Of a DNA stretch of 64,000 nt, positions 10,633-21,400 are shown one piece after another. Within the stretch, counting starts at the first letter, position 1; the number at the start of each line of letters is the position of its first letter. The notes under the pieces are model-generated. The model made no database searches. It was not told the origin of the DNA and was given only the letters and a program-made list of their open reading frames with translations. This stretch comes from a virus (taxonomy: Duplodnaviria > Heunggongvirae > Uroviricota > Caudoviricetes): IMG/VR virus record IMGVR_UViG_3300042914_002848; one strand, written 5' to 3'. The position numbers and the translations under genes are program-made.

Positions 10633-13600
10633 CTATAAGTATTTTATTGAAGAAAAAGAGTTTATTTTATTTATATCAATTATCTGGTCTACCATATCCC
10701 TCGTTTTATCTATGTGGGATATCGTAATAATAAAATCAAATTGAGTTTTTAAATAATCAAATAGCAAATACAAAGAATTAAAATTATCAGTATCCAGTGA
10801 ACCAAACCCCTCATCAATAGCGATAAAGTTTGGACGGGGTAGGTTGGATATACTAATTAATGCGGTTCTGATTGCGATTGAACTCACAAACTTTTCCATA
10901 CCACTTGTCAACTCTAATGGCCAATACTTATCATCTCCATAGCAAATATATGAGTTGATGTTTTTACCATCGGTATCTAATATGATTTGGAAATCCACTA
11001 TAGGTTGAAGAATATTGTTAATTTCAATCTCCAACGTTGGTAATATTTCTGCTATCAATCCATATGGAATACCATCCCGCTTAACTGCTGATAAGTAGTG
11101 TTCGTATCCATTATACTTTAATTCCATTTGATTTAATTTTTTTACAGATTCATTTACAGACTCAATTGTATTTTTTTGAACACGTAACTCACCCAACAAA
11201 TCTATTAAATCGGTTGTAACCTTATTTAATTCGGATTGAGTTTCCAATCTTTTTTGTTTTAGTGAATTAATTTCTTCATTAAGTTTGATGTTGAATTCAA
11301 CCGATTTTTCTTGCTTTTTGGCTTTTTCAATGTTCGCAGATATTTTTTCGTATTGAGATTCGTATTGGTTATAATCGGATTTAGAATCATTTAATTCAGA
11401 TAAAAGATTGTAGTATTTGCGGTTTACCTCTTGCTCTTTTTCTTTGACCTGATTTACCTTATCCAACTCCGTTTTTACATCACACCCCTTTTGTGTTTGA
11501 ACTTTTTCTGATAGTTCGGTTTCTAATACGGATATCTTTTTAGTTAGTGTTACTATTTTAGTTTCCAATTCCAAACTTTGCTTTGCAAATGGAGTGTTTT
11601 TATTTTTAACACAATGTTCACAATTATCATCGTATGTAAAAGAACCAATACCATCCAAATGCTTTTTGGTATGTGATAGTTCAATCTGATACTTTGATAT
11701 GGTTTGTTTTATTAATGCGATATCCCGCTCTAAAACACGCCATTCATTATCTTTTGCTTTTAATTCATCTAAATCATACTCTTTATAGAACTCGCCAATT
11801 CTTTCAAGCTTTTCCTCTAATGGTTTTACTTGGGATTGTAACTCCCTTATATTGGATGATATTGTTCCTATAGAATTCCTACAATCTTTTAATTCGGCAT
11901 TTAATAACTCTAAGTTCAGATTACCATCCACCACAATTAACTTTGCAGACTTATCCTCAATTTGGTTGTGTATATTGTTAAGATTAGTTTCAAAATTTAT
12001 TTTTTTGTTTTCCAAATCAGAAATAGAACCTGTTATAGATTGAGATACTAATTCGGCCTTAGCCAACTTTGTTGGAAAATCTTGCCCCTTATAATCTTTC
12101 AGTAAGGTTGATAACTCCTTTATTTCTTCACTTGCTACTGAATACAATTGCTCAAACACATCCATATCCAAAAATTGAGCAAGTAACTCTTTTCGTTCTT
12201 TTTGTGATTTATCAATAAAACCACTATTGTTAAATTGAGTTGAGAGAGCAGTCAATATGAAATCATCATATGTTCCTACATACTGCCTAATAACTGAATT
12301 TGTATCTCTTCTTTCATCACCATTCAAACTTTCAATATCACCCATATCATTGAATGTGTAAAATTGAGTATCAACTTTTACAGTTCCCTTTTTGGTGGAT
12401 TTATTTGCGGTTCTCTCAATTACATAATCCCTGCCATTTAGTTCAAAGATAAACTTACAATAAAAATTGTTTTTAGAATAATTCATCACATCAACTGCTT
12501 TTGATGTTCGGGAGCACTTATCAAAAATACAAAAGGATAAAGCATCCCACAAAGAAGATTTACCACTTGCGTTGGGAGCAAATACACCATACGCCCCTTT
12601 CATATTTTGAAAGTTTATATAGTTATCTTCCCCATAAGAAAACATATTTGAGAATTGAAATTCTTTTGGAATCCAAACCGAACTCCGAATTGCATGAGGA
12701 TTTACAATCTTTGAGTTTATATCAGCGTTTATACCTTTGACAACTTCTAAAGCTTCTGAATCAATACCAAACTTTTGGGTCAAATAATCTTCCAATAGTT
12801 TATTTTGAAATCCAACATCCCTTACATTATGTAGAGTTATATGTTCTCGTTTTCCAACTTCGTTTGTAGATAAAACTTTCTGAATACTTAACTCTTCTAT
12901 TTCATATTTCTTTTTTAAAGAAGATACAATTTTATTCAACTGTGATGTGGTTGTATCTTTAACCCTTAATCTTAATCTTGGCTTTGGGCAAATGTAATTA
13001 TTTGATACGATTTTACCATCTTCAATATCAATAGTTCCATACCCATACGCATTCTCAATATGAACGAATGTGGAGGACTTTGTTGGTACATCCCATACCA
13101 ATATCCCATGCTCAGGATAAATTGATTCTGAGTGGTTCTGTGTAATCAGGGAGCCTGGGTACTTTATAGTATCCACACCTGATACTGAATTATTGGGAAC
13201 ATGGATATCTCCCAAAAGAACAATATCATATCCTTTAAAAGAATCCACCGTAACTTTTTTGTTATCAATCTTAAATCCATGCTCAGTTTGTATTCCATCA
13301 ACGGGTCCGTGATAAAGAGCGATTTTAAAATCCCCATCAACGCCCGAACTATTTGTAAATCCATCCGATGAATCGAATACTGATTTGTGTGCGAATACGA
13401 TGCCACCAAACTCAAAGGTTGTAGTGTTTTTGTAGTAATATAAGTTTGGGTGATTTAAAGCATCAACAATTGGTGATAACGCATCTAACCGAGAAGGGTT
13501 ATTTAGATTTGCATCGTGGTTGCCAGGAATTAAAATGGTGGGCATGATATCCGATAAATTTCTCAAAAAGTTTTGAGTCATATGTACCACCTCCGGCGTC

Positions 13601-13773
13601 ATATCGGTTTTAGCGTGAACTATATCCCCAGCTAATACAATAGCAGAGTCTTCAGTTACAACTGATTTTAAGTAATCATATAAACGATTAAAAACTAAAG
13701 AATACTCTTTATGTCTTTTTAAGTTTCGTATATGAACATCAGCAATATGATAAATCTTATTTAACTTTTTCAT
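10633..13773 (-). CDS. Fused Mre11/SbcD nuclease - Rad50/SbcC ATPase (gp47-gp46-like recombination exonuclease)
   Basis: Metallophosphoesterase motifs HIADVH, GDIVH, GNHD, GDIH, then Walker A APNASGKS, zinc hook CEHC, signature TSGME, Walker B IAIDEGFGSLD. Confidence 0.92.
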   Translation of the reverse strand: MKKLNKIYHIADVHIRNLKRHKEYSLVFNRLYDYLKSVVTEDSAIVLAGDIVHAKTDMTPEVVHMTQNFLRNLSDIMPTILIPGNHDANLNNPSRLDALSPIVDALNHPNLYYYKNTTTFEFGGIVFAHKSVFDSSDGFTNSSGVDGDFKIALYHGPVDGIQTEHGFKIDNKKVTVDSFKGYDIVLLGDIHVPNNSVSGVDTIKYPGSLITQNHSESIYPEHGILVWDVPTKSSTFVHIENAYGYGTIDIEDGKIVSNNYICPKPRLRLRVKDTTTSQLNKIVSSLKKKYEIEELSIQKVLSTNEVGKREHITLHNVRDVGFQNKLLEDYLTQKFGIDSEALEVVKGINADINSKIVNPHAIRSSVWIPKEFQFSNMFSYGEDNYINFQNMKGAYGVFAPNASGKSSLWDALSFCIFDKCSRTSKAVDVMNYSKNNFYCKFIFELNGRDYVIERTANKSTKKGTVKVDTQFYTFNDMGDIESLNGDERRDTNSVIRQYVGTYDDFILTALSTQFNNSGFIDKSQKERKELLAQFLDMDVFEQLYSVASEEIKELSTLLKDYKGQDFPTKLAKAELVSQSITGSISDLENKKINFETNLNNIHNQIEDKSAKLIVVDGNLNLELLNAELKDCRNSIGTISSNIRELQSQVKPLEEKLERIGEFYKEYDLDELKAKDNEWRVLERDIALIKQTISKYQIELSHTKKHLDGIGSFTYDDNCEHCVKNKNTPFAKQSLELETKIVTLTKKISVLETELSEKVQTQKGCDVKTELDKVNQVKEKEQEVNRKYYNLLSELNDSKSDYNQYESQYEKISANIEKAKKQEKSVEFNIKLNEEINSLKQKRLETQSELNKVTTDLIDLLGELRVQKNTIESVNESVKKLNQMELKYNGYEHYLSAVKRDGIPYGLIAEILPTLEIEINNILQPIVDFQIILDTDGKNINSYICYGDDKYWPLELTSGMEKFVSSIAIRTALISISNLPRPNFIAIDEGFGSLDTDNFNSLYLLFDYLKTQFDFIITISHIDKTRDMVDQIIDINKINSFSSIKYL

Positions 13774-14714
13774 TTTCTCCTAAACATTTTATACTCCACT
13801 AAACTTAACAAATTCAATTCAGGTGTATTGTATATTTTTGTGTTTATCTTATCGTAACCTAATTCAGATGCGTCCTCCGAACCCAACTGAACTAAGTGAA
13901 CTTTAATCCCCCAACCCATTAGTTTTTCGCATAGTTGGATAGAGTTATTAATAGCATCGGAATCTAAGCAAACATAGATACGGGACACTTTTTTATCTAA
14001 AATTTTCTTTTCTAATTTAGGTGGAATGGTTTTACCAAAAATAGGAATTGCGTTTCTACGAATTGCGATTGCATCAAAAACACCCTCACAAATAACAATT
14101 GGTTCATTCCAATTCACATACAAATCAAACCCAATAATATCTTTGGATACTTTTGGATTTTTATGCTTTTGTGGTGTATCATAAAAAGCCCTACTAACAA
14201 AGTAATTTAACATACCATCTGAATCGTATGAGGGAATAATAATTTTATTACTATATTCACCCTCAACACAATACCCCATTCCATACTTAACAATATCACC
14301 AGGTCGGATTCCCCTACCTAAAATGTAATTTAAGGCGTGCGAATAAATAACGGACTTGGATGATTCCCAAAGAGGAGTAAACTCTTTTGGTAGTTGAACA
14401 AATGTTTGTTGTTGTGTTAATTGTTCAGTCGGTTGTGTGTATTTTCCAATGTTTCTGAAAATAGAATTGTATTCATCCCATATTTGCGAAGATACATTTA
14501 GTTTTTTAAAGAGAGAACGAATCGTTTTTCCCTTTTCATCCGATATCCAACAATGCCAAGGGTTATCACCAGCAGCCGTTGTTTTTATGTTTATTTCAAG
14601 CTTTGGTTTGTAATGTTCGGCAAATGGTGAATAAAAAGCATAGTTATCCCCAGTGGTTTTTTTACTTTTACCCAAAACCCGTTCTAATAACTCAATCAAT
14701 CTTTCTTCTACCAT
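13770..14714 (-). CDS. DNA primase (DnaG-type, Toprim)
   Basis: ICEGVFDAIA and YVCLDSDA Toprim motifs; IIIPSYDSDG...YFVSR; degenerate Zn-binding N-terminus (WHCW). Confidence 0.88.
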   Translation of the reverse strand: MVEERLIELLERVLGKSKKTTGDNYAFYSPFAEHYKPKLEINIKTTAAGDNPWHCWISDEKGKTIRSLFKKLNVSSQIWDEYNSIFRNIGKYTQPTEQLTQQQTFVQLPKEFTPLWESSKSVIYSHALNYILGRGIRPGDIVKYGMGYCVEGEYSNKIIIPSYDSDGMLNYFVSRAFYDTPQKHKNPKVSKDIIGFDLYVNWNEPIVICEGVFDAIAIRRNAIPIFGKTIPPKLEKKILDKKVSRIYVCLDSDAINNSIQLCEKLMGWGIKVHLVQLGSEDASELGYDKINTKIYNTPELNLLSLVEYKMFRRK

Positions 14715-15306
14715 TTCTTAAATCGTAAGTATAAATATACTTTGGTAAGTTAGTAATTATTTTTACATTCTCATCACCCGCTTTGTATCTCCTATTTATT
14801 TCAACCCCATAAGGTCTATCCAACATAGAAAGGGTTCTAATGTGAAATGATTTACCATCCACCTCCAATGATTTTGATGGAGATGTTTCACCTAAATAAT
14901 TAAAATTAGAAGCACGATAGATAACCCCCTTATGCCCCTGATTTTGGTCTGCGTAACTTATTATATATTCCCAATCGGTATTTTTTTGTAACCACTTGAT
15001 TGTTTTAGATATAAAATAGGATTCAGCGTTTTTTGGTGTATCATCTACCAAACACAACCTCCGTAACTCCAAAACCTTATCGGGACGGGATGGGTGATAT
15101 GTCTGCCCAGCAGATGGACCTGCGGGGCGTGTGTAAATACAAACCCCAATTATTTGGGGCATACCAAAATTTCCTTCCCTAAGTAGAATAAATGCGTGTT
15201 TTGTTTGTATATTTACATAATCAGAGTAGTGCCACTTTTTCAAAAAGGCACGAATGTTCTCATTAAATGTAGTATGTTCTACTGTGTATGTTTTTACTAA
15301 ACCCAT
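14692..15306 (-). CDS. Mom-family (GNAT-like) DNA adenine modification enzyme
   Basis: ELRRLCLVDDTPKNAESYFIS...IISYADQNQGHKGVIYRASNFNYLG matches the phage Mu Mom family pattern. Confidence 0.75.
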   Translation of the reverse strand: MGLVKTYTVEHTTFNENIRAFLKKWHYSDYVNIQTKHAFILLREGNFGMPQIIGVCIYTRPAGPSAGQTYHPSRPDKVLELRRLCLVDDTPKNAESYFISKTIKWLQKNTDWEYIISYADQNQGHKGVIYRASNFNYLGETSPSKSLEVDGKSFHIRTLSMLDRPYGVEINRRYKAGDENVKIITNLPKYIYTYDLRNGRRKID

Positions 15307-15334
15307 TCTACACAATATACAACATAAAAGTTAA

Positions 15335-15754
15335 TTATCCAAATAAAAATGTTTTGGGTTCTTCATTTACCCATTCTATTGGAACTTGCTTCGTAGCCCA
15401 CTTAAAACCATTTTTATCTGCCCACATACCATATGTAGTTTTTGACCTTTTATTTAATTTTGCGTTTGGGTTCTGAAATACAATTCGTATATCCAAATCA
15501 GGCTTTTGGGCTTTTATTAGTAGATGTTTTTTTCTATCCTCTAAAGTAAACCTACCTTTTGTTTCTATGAAAATACCATTCGGTAATCTGAAATCAGGTT
15601 TGTATGTATGATTTGTTGCGGGTTTAGTGTATTGTATTTGGTGTTTTTCGTATTCACCATCAATACCTATTTGTTTTAATTCTTCCGAAACTTTATCCTC
15701 TAAACCCGAGCGATGCCCTTTGGTTCTTTGGATGTGACCCCAATTTTTTGGCAT
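15335..15754 (-). CDS. T7 endonuclease I-like Holliday junction resolvase
   Basis: RSGLEDKV, YKPDFRLPNGIFIETKGRF...DRKKHLLIK...LDIRIVF...KTTYGMWADKNGFKWA. Confidence 0.92.
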   Translation of the reverse strand: MPKNWGHIQRTKGHRSGLEDKVSEELKQIGIDGEYEKHQIQYTKPATNHTYKPDFRLPNGIFIETKGRFTLEDRKKHLLIKAQKPDLDIRIVFQNPNAKLNKRSKTTYGMWADKNGFKWATKQVPIEWVNEEPKTFLFG

Positions 15755-15756
15755 AA

Positions 15757-16641
15757 TTAATCTATATCAAATTTTACATTTATAAATAAATCCGTAATTG
15801 TACTTTTCTTTAACGGAACTCCCAACTTTGCAACAGCCATCATTTCTTCATCATCATTATATAACCCAATGGTTGTTATGTAAGGTGAAAATGTAGAAGA
15901 GGTTGTAAATCCAGCTCTCGTTCCATATGAGCCGCTGATAATTGATGTTGGGTGGATAGATACATTAAATTCATCTTTTCCAATATGACAAAGTAAGCTA
16001 ACTTCTTCTATTGCTTTAGTTGCTTTATAGTTTACAGTAAACCCTTTATTGGATGTATAATCCCAATTACCATTACCCAAAAAGGTGTGTTGATTATTAG
16101 AACCAGTATTTGTCATAACAATCAACCCCTGTTTATAAAAAACATAACCATATGTCGCAGATGATGAAACTATAGTTCCCCATTCATCTTCTACTTTTAC
16201 ATCCGTATAGTATCTATAATTTGTAGTTGAGCCTGAATAGTTTGTTATGTTTACGGATGATGGTTTTATTTCAAACCCGTATCTATAAACAGGAATAGAT
16301 AAAACTGATGCAGTATCATATAATTTTATCCTAACATCATCTGCAAAGTACAATTGATTAAGGCTTTTCCATAAACTTTTTTGATAAACACCACTTAACC
16401 CATCGTATGTAGAACTTTGTGTTAAATCGGTGGATGTAAATTCAAACGCGCCACTAACAGCAGGTTTTATCGCTCTTAATGTGGATACTCCAAATGATGT
16501 ATAATGGTTTGAATCCGTTACCTCATAGCTTTTATGGGTAATAAACTTACGTTCTTGTGAAAATAATTGGTCTATTCTTTTAAACCCAATACTAATAGTT
16601 TCGGAATCACCACCCCTTAATACAATTTTTTTTTCTGCCAT
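15757..16641 (-). CDS. Tail/baseplate protein with collar-fibre-like C-terminal domain
   Basis: C-terminal YITTIGLYNDDEEMMAVAKL...VKFD, shared with the next gene. Confidence 0.6.
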   Translation of the reverse strand: MAEKKIVLRGGDSETISIGFKRIDQLFSQERKFITHKSYEVTDSNHYTSFGVSTLRAIKPAVSGAFEFTSTDLTQSSTYDGLSGVYQKSLWKSLNQLYFADDVRIKLYDTASVLSIPVYRYGFEIKPSSVNITNYSGSTTNYRYYTDVKVEDEWGTIVSSSATYGYVFYKQGLIVMTNTGSNNQHTFLGNGNWDYTSNKGFTVNYKATKAIEEVSLLCHIGKDEFNVSIHPTSIISGSYGTRAGFTTSSTFSPYITTIGLYNDDEEMMAVAKLGVPLKKSTITDLFINVKFDID

Positions 16642-16654
16642 TAATCATTACGAT

Positions 16655-17728
16655 TTAAAAATCTAATTTTACTTTTAAAAGAATCTCATTAGCAAACGAT
16701 TTCAAAATAGGTTGCGATAGTTTTGCAACTGCTAATAATTCATTTGGGTCATTATATAATCCAATTGTAGTAATATATGATTTTGGGTCACTAACAAATG
16801 TTGGTTGAGATAATGTGTAAACACCATTTGCCGAAGATGTTACATAAGATGGGTTGTTACTAAAGTTAAACTTACTGTTTCTAACTCTTAAAAAGTAATA
16901 AGTAGATTTAACTTCTTCTTCATTTCTGGCTTTAAATGCGTTATTGGTTGAATCAACTGCCGCTGACCTACTAATAGCAGAAAATAACTTAAATGAGTTG
17001 TTCCCATTTGCATTTGATGCAGTTGCGGTAGTCATTGATGCGGATACATCTAATGCGGTACCTGATAATACAATTACACCTCGTTGTGGGTAAACACGCC
17101 CATAAGTTAAAGTAGTAGAAGGAACACTTACACCAGATGATAATGAACCTGAAACAACATTATAGTATTCTTGTTCAGCGGAATTTAATTGTGCTGTATC
17201 ATCGGAATCATCTATTAATTTTATTTGCTTACCAGAACCACTCAATGTCAATTCCCAGTTTCCTCTATCTAATTTATCCTTTAATCTACTTCTTTTGAAA
17301 TTGATAACATAAATTGAGTTTTCTTCACCCACACCTGTGAAATTGAATTTTGTGGTTGATGATGGTAAAAGTGTTTGTTGATATTGTGCATAAATTGCAC
17401 GAGATGGTGAATCGGCAAATCCAATACCCGCAGCAGTAGAACCAATAGAACCACTACCCAAAGCATGTCCATAGGCTACTGAAAACTGAACTTCTCTTGT
17501 TGAATCACTACCAACTTTATCGTAAACATCATAATAATATTGACCCGATGAAGCGCTTTGTGCGGATGATGTAAAGAATGTAGCCAATGATGCGGCATTA
17601 CCGCTAAATAAACCACGTGTTATTCTTTGTGAACTAGATGCGGTATCATCGGTTGTTATTCGTTCAAATGTAAAAAGCGAACTTATTGGGACCACCCCAC
17701 TTCCCAATTGTATTGTTTTAGTTGCCAT
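16655..17728 (-). CDS. Tail/baseplate protein with collar-fibre-like C-terminal domain
   Basis: C-terminal YITTIGLYNDPNELLAVAKLSQPILKS...VKLDF. Confidence 0.6.
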   Translation of the reverse strand: MATKTIQLGSGVVPISSLFTFERITTDDTASSSQRITRGLFSGNAASLATFFTSSAQSASSGQYYYDVYDKVGSDSTREVQFSVAYGHALGSGSIGSTAAGIGFADSPSRAIYAQYQQTLLPSSTTKFNFTGVGEENSIYVINFKRSRLKDKLDRGNWELTLSGSGKQIKLIDDSDDTAQLNSAEQEYYNVVSGSLSSGVSVPSTTLTYGRVYPQRGVIVLSGTALDVSASMTTATASNANGNNSFKLFSAISRSAAVDSTNNAFKARNEEEVKSTYYFLRVRNSKFNFSNNPSYVTSSANGVYTLSQPTFVSDPKSYITTIGLYNDPNELLAVAKLSQPILKSFANEILLKVKLDF

Positions 17729-17754
17729 CTATTTTATTCCTATTTTTTTATGTA

Positions 17755-18357
17755 TTAAAAACCTCTTACTGTTGTAGCTTGTGTTGTTGTAGTGGTTACA
17801 TTAGGTGTAACTGTTACATTGATATCTACTCTACCGCCAGTTGTATTACCAACCACAATTATTTTTGTAGATTGGGTTATTTCGGGAACTAACCCGGTTG
17901 TAGCCTCAAATTCAAAAGTGTTAGCATTGATTACATTGATTGTTCCCAATCTATCATCCAAAAGAGTTACAGTATATTGTTGTGTAGTATCACTAATTTT
18001 AAATATAACAGAACCAGCGCCCGTAGGTAACACACTTCGTTGCGGAACACTAATACTTGCAGGAGTAACAGAGAAAATTGGAACTGATGTTGTGTTTTTA
18101 GGTAAGGTTAATAATTTATACCTTAAAGCAAAATTTTCATCGGTAATAGCCTCTAAAACAGGCATATTTTCAATTATTTCACCATAATAATCTGAACCTA
18201 ATGAGTGTGCTGTGTTCCAAAGTGTGTAATCCACCTCATCATCACCCAAAGCAAATTGAGTAATTTCAAAGTTACCACGACCTGATGCTAAATACTCTCT
18301 GCCTTTTTTGGTTAAAATAGCATCAACTGTAACAGATGTATTATCTAAATATCCCAT
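17755..18357 (-). CDS. Tail/baseplate structural protein
   Basis: AILTKKGREYLA...ITQFALGD resembles tail-collar/fibre-attachment N-termini. Confidence 0.55.
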   Translation of the reverse strand: MGYLDNTSVTVDAILTKKGREYLASGRGNFEITQFALGDDEVDYTLWNTAHSLGSDYYGEIIENMPVLEAITDENFALRYKLLTLPKNTTSVPIFSVTPASISVPQRSVLPTGAGSVIFKISDTTQQYTVTLLDDRLGTINVINANTFEFEATTGLVPEITQSTKIIVVGNTTGGRVDINVTVTPNVTTTTTQATTVRGF

Positions 18358-18407
18358 ATAATTTCCTAATTTTGTTTCTTATAAATATAGATTTTTAAAA
18401 TTAAATT

Positions 18408-21400
18408 TTAAACCCGTAATCGTCCCGACGAAGCTGCCCCACTTCCAATTCGAGGAGATGTTGTTGGTGTTGATACTATTGTATCTTGAACGGATACATT
18501 TTGAGGTGCGACTCTTAATACAAATGGGTCTGCTACAAATGTTTCAACGCTTGGTAAACCATCAATTGATGTAACACCACTATTACAACCATTAAATCTC
18601 AAATTTGCTAAACTTAATGGTAATTCATCGGTTTGTGTTGCTACAGGTGTTAATGATGATGAATAGAATTTACCCAATGAAGCAGAGAGAGATGATGAAT
18701 AAAAATAATTAACTATGCTGGCATATGGTGAGAGTCTTTGACCCATAATAGAACTCGTTGGATTGTATTGCCATTGCGGGTTACTAACATTTGTGTATAA
18801 CCCCGTACTCCCACTTAAAATTGGGTAGGTATATTTGTAAATTGAACTCTCATGATAATCTTTTGTATCCACTGTAGCCAAGTAATCATTTTTTGTGGCC
18901 GTTACACTTTCGGGTAACATAGATATTGTAGTTAAATAATCCACTCTACTATAAGACCATTTATCACCCCGCTTGTATTTGTTTCTTTCCAAAATATGCG
19001 GTTCTAACAATACACCACCAACATACTCACTTCTCGCAGGTATTAATTGTTTTACTTGTTGGAATATGCTATGGTCATACAATGATAACATATCCAATAA
19101 AAGTCCAATCGCAGTTCCACGCTTTTGAGCAGAACCAGAGGGGGCTGTTAAATTAACATACTTTTGAAAATATACATTTGCCCTATATCTTAATTTAGAA
19201 TAATCTTCATTGAATCTATCGTCCGGGTCGCCAATTAAATCATCAACTTCAAAGTATCCTTCTGAATTGTATATATCATTATTTACAACATCCGTTGGTG
19301 AGAAATACAATCCAACTAAATTTGAATCGGTTTGGGTATAATCATATTGAGATACTTCAGCGGTTTTTTCAACATCCAATGAACCACTTAAAACTGAAGA
19401 TTCTATTCTTACTTTATTGTTATTTAGGTTTAACGCGCCCACCGATGGAACTCTTATAAATTGAGTATCCACTTCACCAACCAAATCGGCCGATGTGTGG
19501 TTTGGTAATGATGCGGTTAATGGTGCTCCACCCAATGTGGTTTTGAAAAATTGGTTTGGGTGAGATGATGAAATAGCTGTTGATATGGTATTAAACCCAC
19601 TATCAGGAAATATTCTATAAACCAAATCGGTATATGATGATATACTATTTAAATCAGTTGTGTTATCATCCGAAAAATACGCTTCAGTATTCAATGCGTG
19701 CTCTTTGAATATTTCTTCAGAAAGGGATGATGAATAATATCTAATCTCTTGAATTGATGCAGTTGATGAATAGTTACCAACACCATCACCAACAATGAAT
19801 TGAGTTGAACTACCAAGTATACTATTTGGTGCGGAACTTTGAGCGGATAATGAAGATAGGATATTTCCAAAATCATCTTTGAATGCCGCTCTAATTGTGG
19901 TTGAACTACCAGATATAATACCAAACGCACCATCTCTTGCTACTAAGTAGCTCATATAAGATGAACTCATAACTGTTGTAGAACCTGTCTTTGCCAATAT
20001 CCTAGCTTGTCCGCCTGAATAATTCCATTCAAAGTTTAAATCAGTTCCACCCCCCGTTAATCTACCAATAGTAAAATCACCCAATGGCATTTTACCAATT
20101 ACCTCAATGGTGTTTGGCCTACTACCATTAATAGTTCCAAAAGGGTTTCTTATTGGTTTAGAATCCGTTGTTTCTACTTTATAGATAAATCTTTCATCTT
20201 CGTATTTGTTTGGTGAATCAACGATTGTAGGCCCGCCGTATTCTCTTATTTTTAAAAATGTTTCAGGTATACCATAACAAGCCAAAAGGGCTTTGATTGA
20301 ACGAGGCGTACCTTTTGATTTATAGATATATGGTAAGTTGTTCAATACCCTACGCCAAACTTCGGCTCGTATTTTTTCTTTTGATTTAGTTTCTAATCCA
20401 CCAGTTGTTACTGACCTGTTTCCCAATGAATCAGTTCCTAAAACATACTCCCAAAGGTTTGATTCACCCCAACCATTGGATAAATTCCACCCCATTGATT
20501 TTGCTACATCGTACAACAAATCATCCGACATACCATCTTCAGGATGCTCTTCTCTTTTATTTACATCTGTCAGCCCTTTTGTATAAGTCCACAAAATATC
20601 AAAATGATGTCCTATCATATTAATGAATAATATGTAATCTTCATTAAGCGGGTCTTCTCTTAAAGCAAATGGGATTAGGTTAATTAAAGCTGATTGGTTT
20701 TGTGCATCATAAAGTGATGCCGAACTATAGACACCTTCATACCAACTTTCGGCTTGAGAGCTTGTTGTTGCATAAAATACTGTTGGATATGATGATATTT
20801 TTGGATATGGTACAATTGGATTATCAGTTGTTGAGTAATGGGTATATAAAGAACCTGTTACTTTGTTATACATCCATTGTTCAAAACCATCAAACCCACC
20901 AATTAAGGTGTCTCTTCGTGTGATTGATTGTGATATGTTTGTAAGAGCGTGCGAACCTGAAACCTGTTGTAGGGTTGCTATTCTACTATTATACCCCTCA
21001 ATTGTTTGTAATTTACTAAAGAAATTATCAACTCTTTCAGTTGCGGATGAATAGTGAACAAAGTTACTAAAATCAGAATAATCAATGTTTAATTTTATAT
21101 TTCCAAACGAACCGCTAAAATATTTATCTATAATTTGCTGAGAGGTAGATAGGTTTGCATCTAACAAATCGTTCCATGCTTTAAAATCAGTACCATCTGA
21201 TTTACCATACTTATCCAACTCAATATTAAAATTCGGCTCTAAAAGTTGTTTTGATGTAATCTCATCTAACTGATTATACGATACTATTTTTTCTATATAC
21301 GATTTTTGCAATCTACCATCAATTGATAAACTTTGCCCAACAGTCACACCACCATCTAAAGGTGATACTAATTTTATGTATAAATCAGTAATATCTACTA

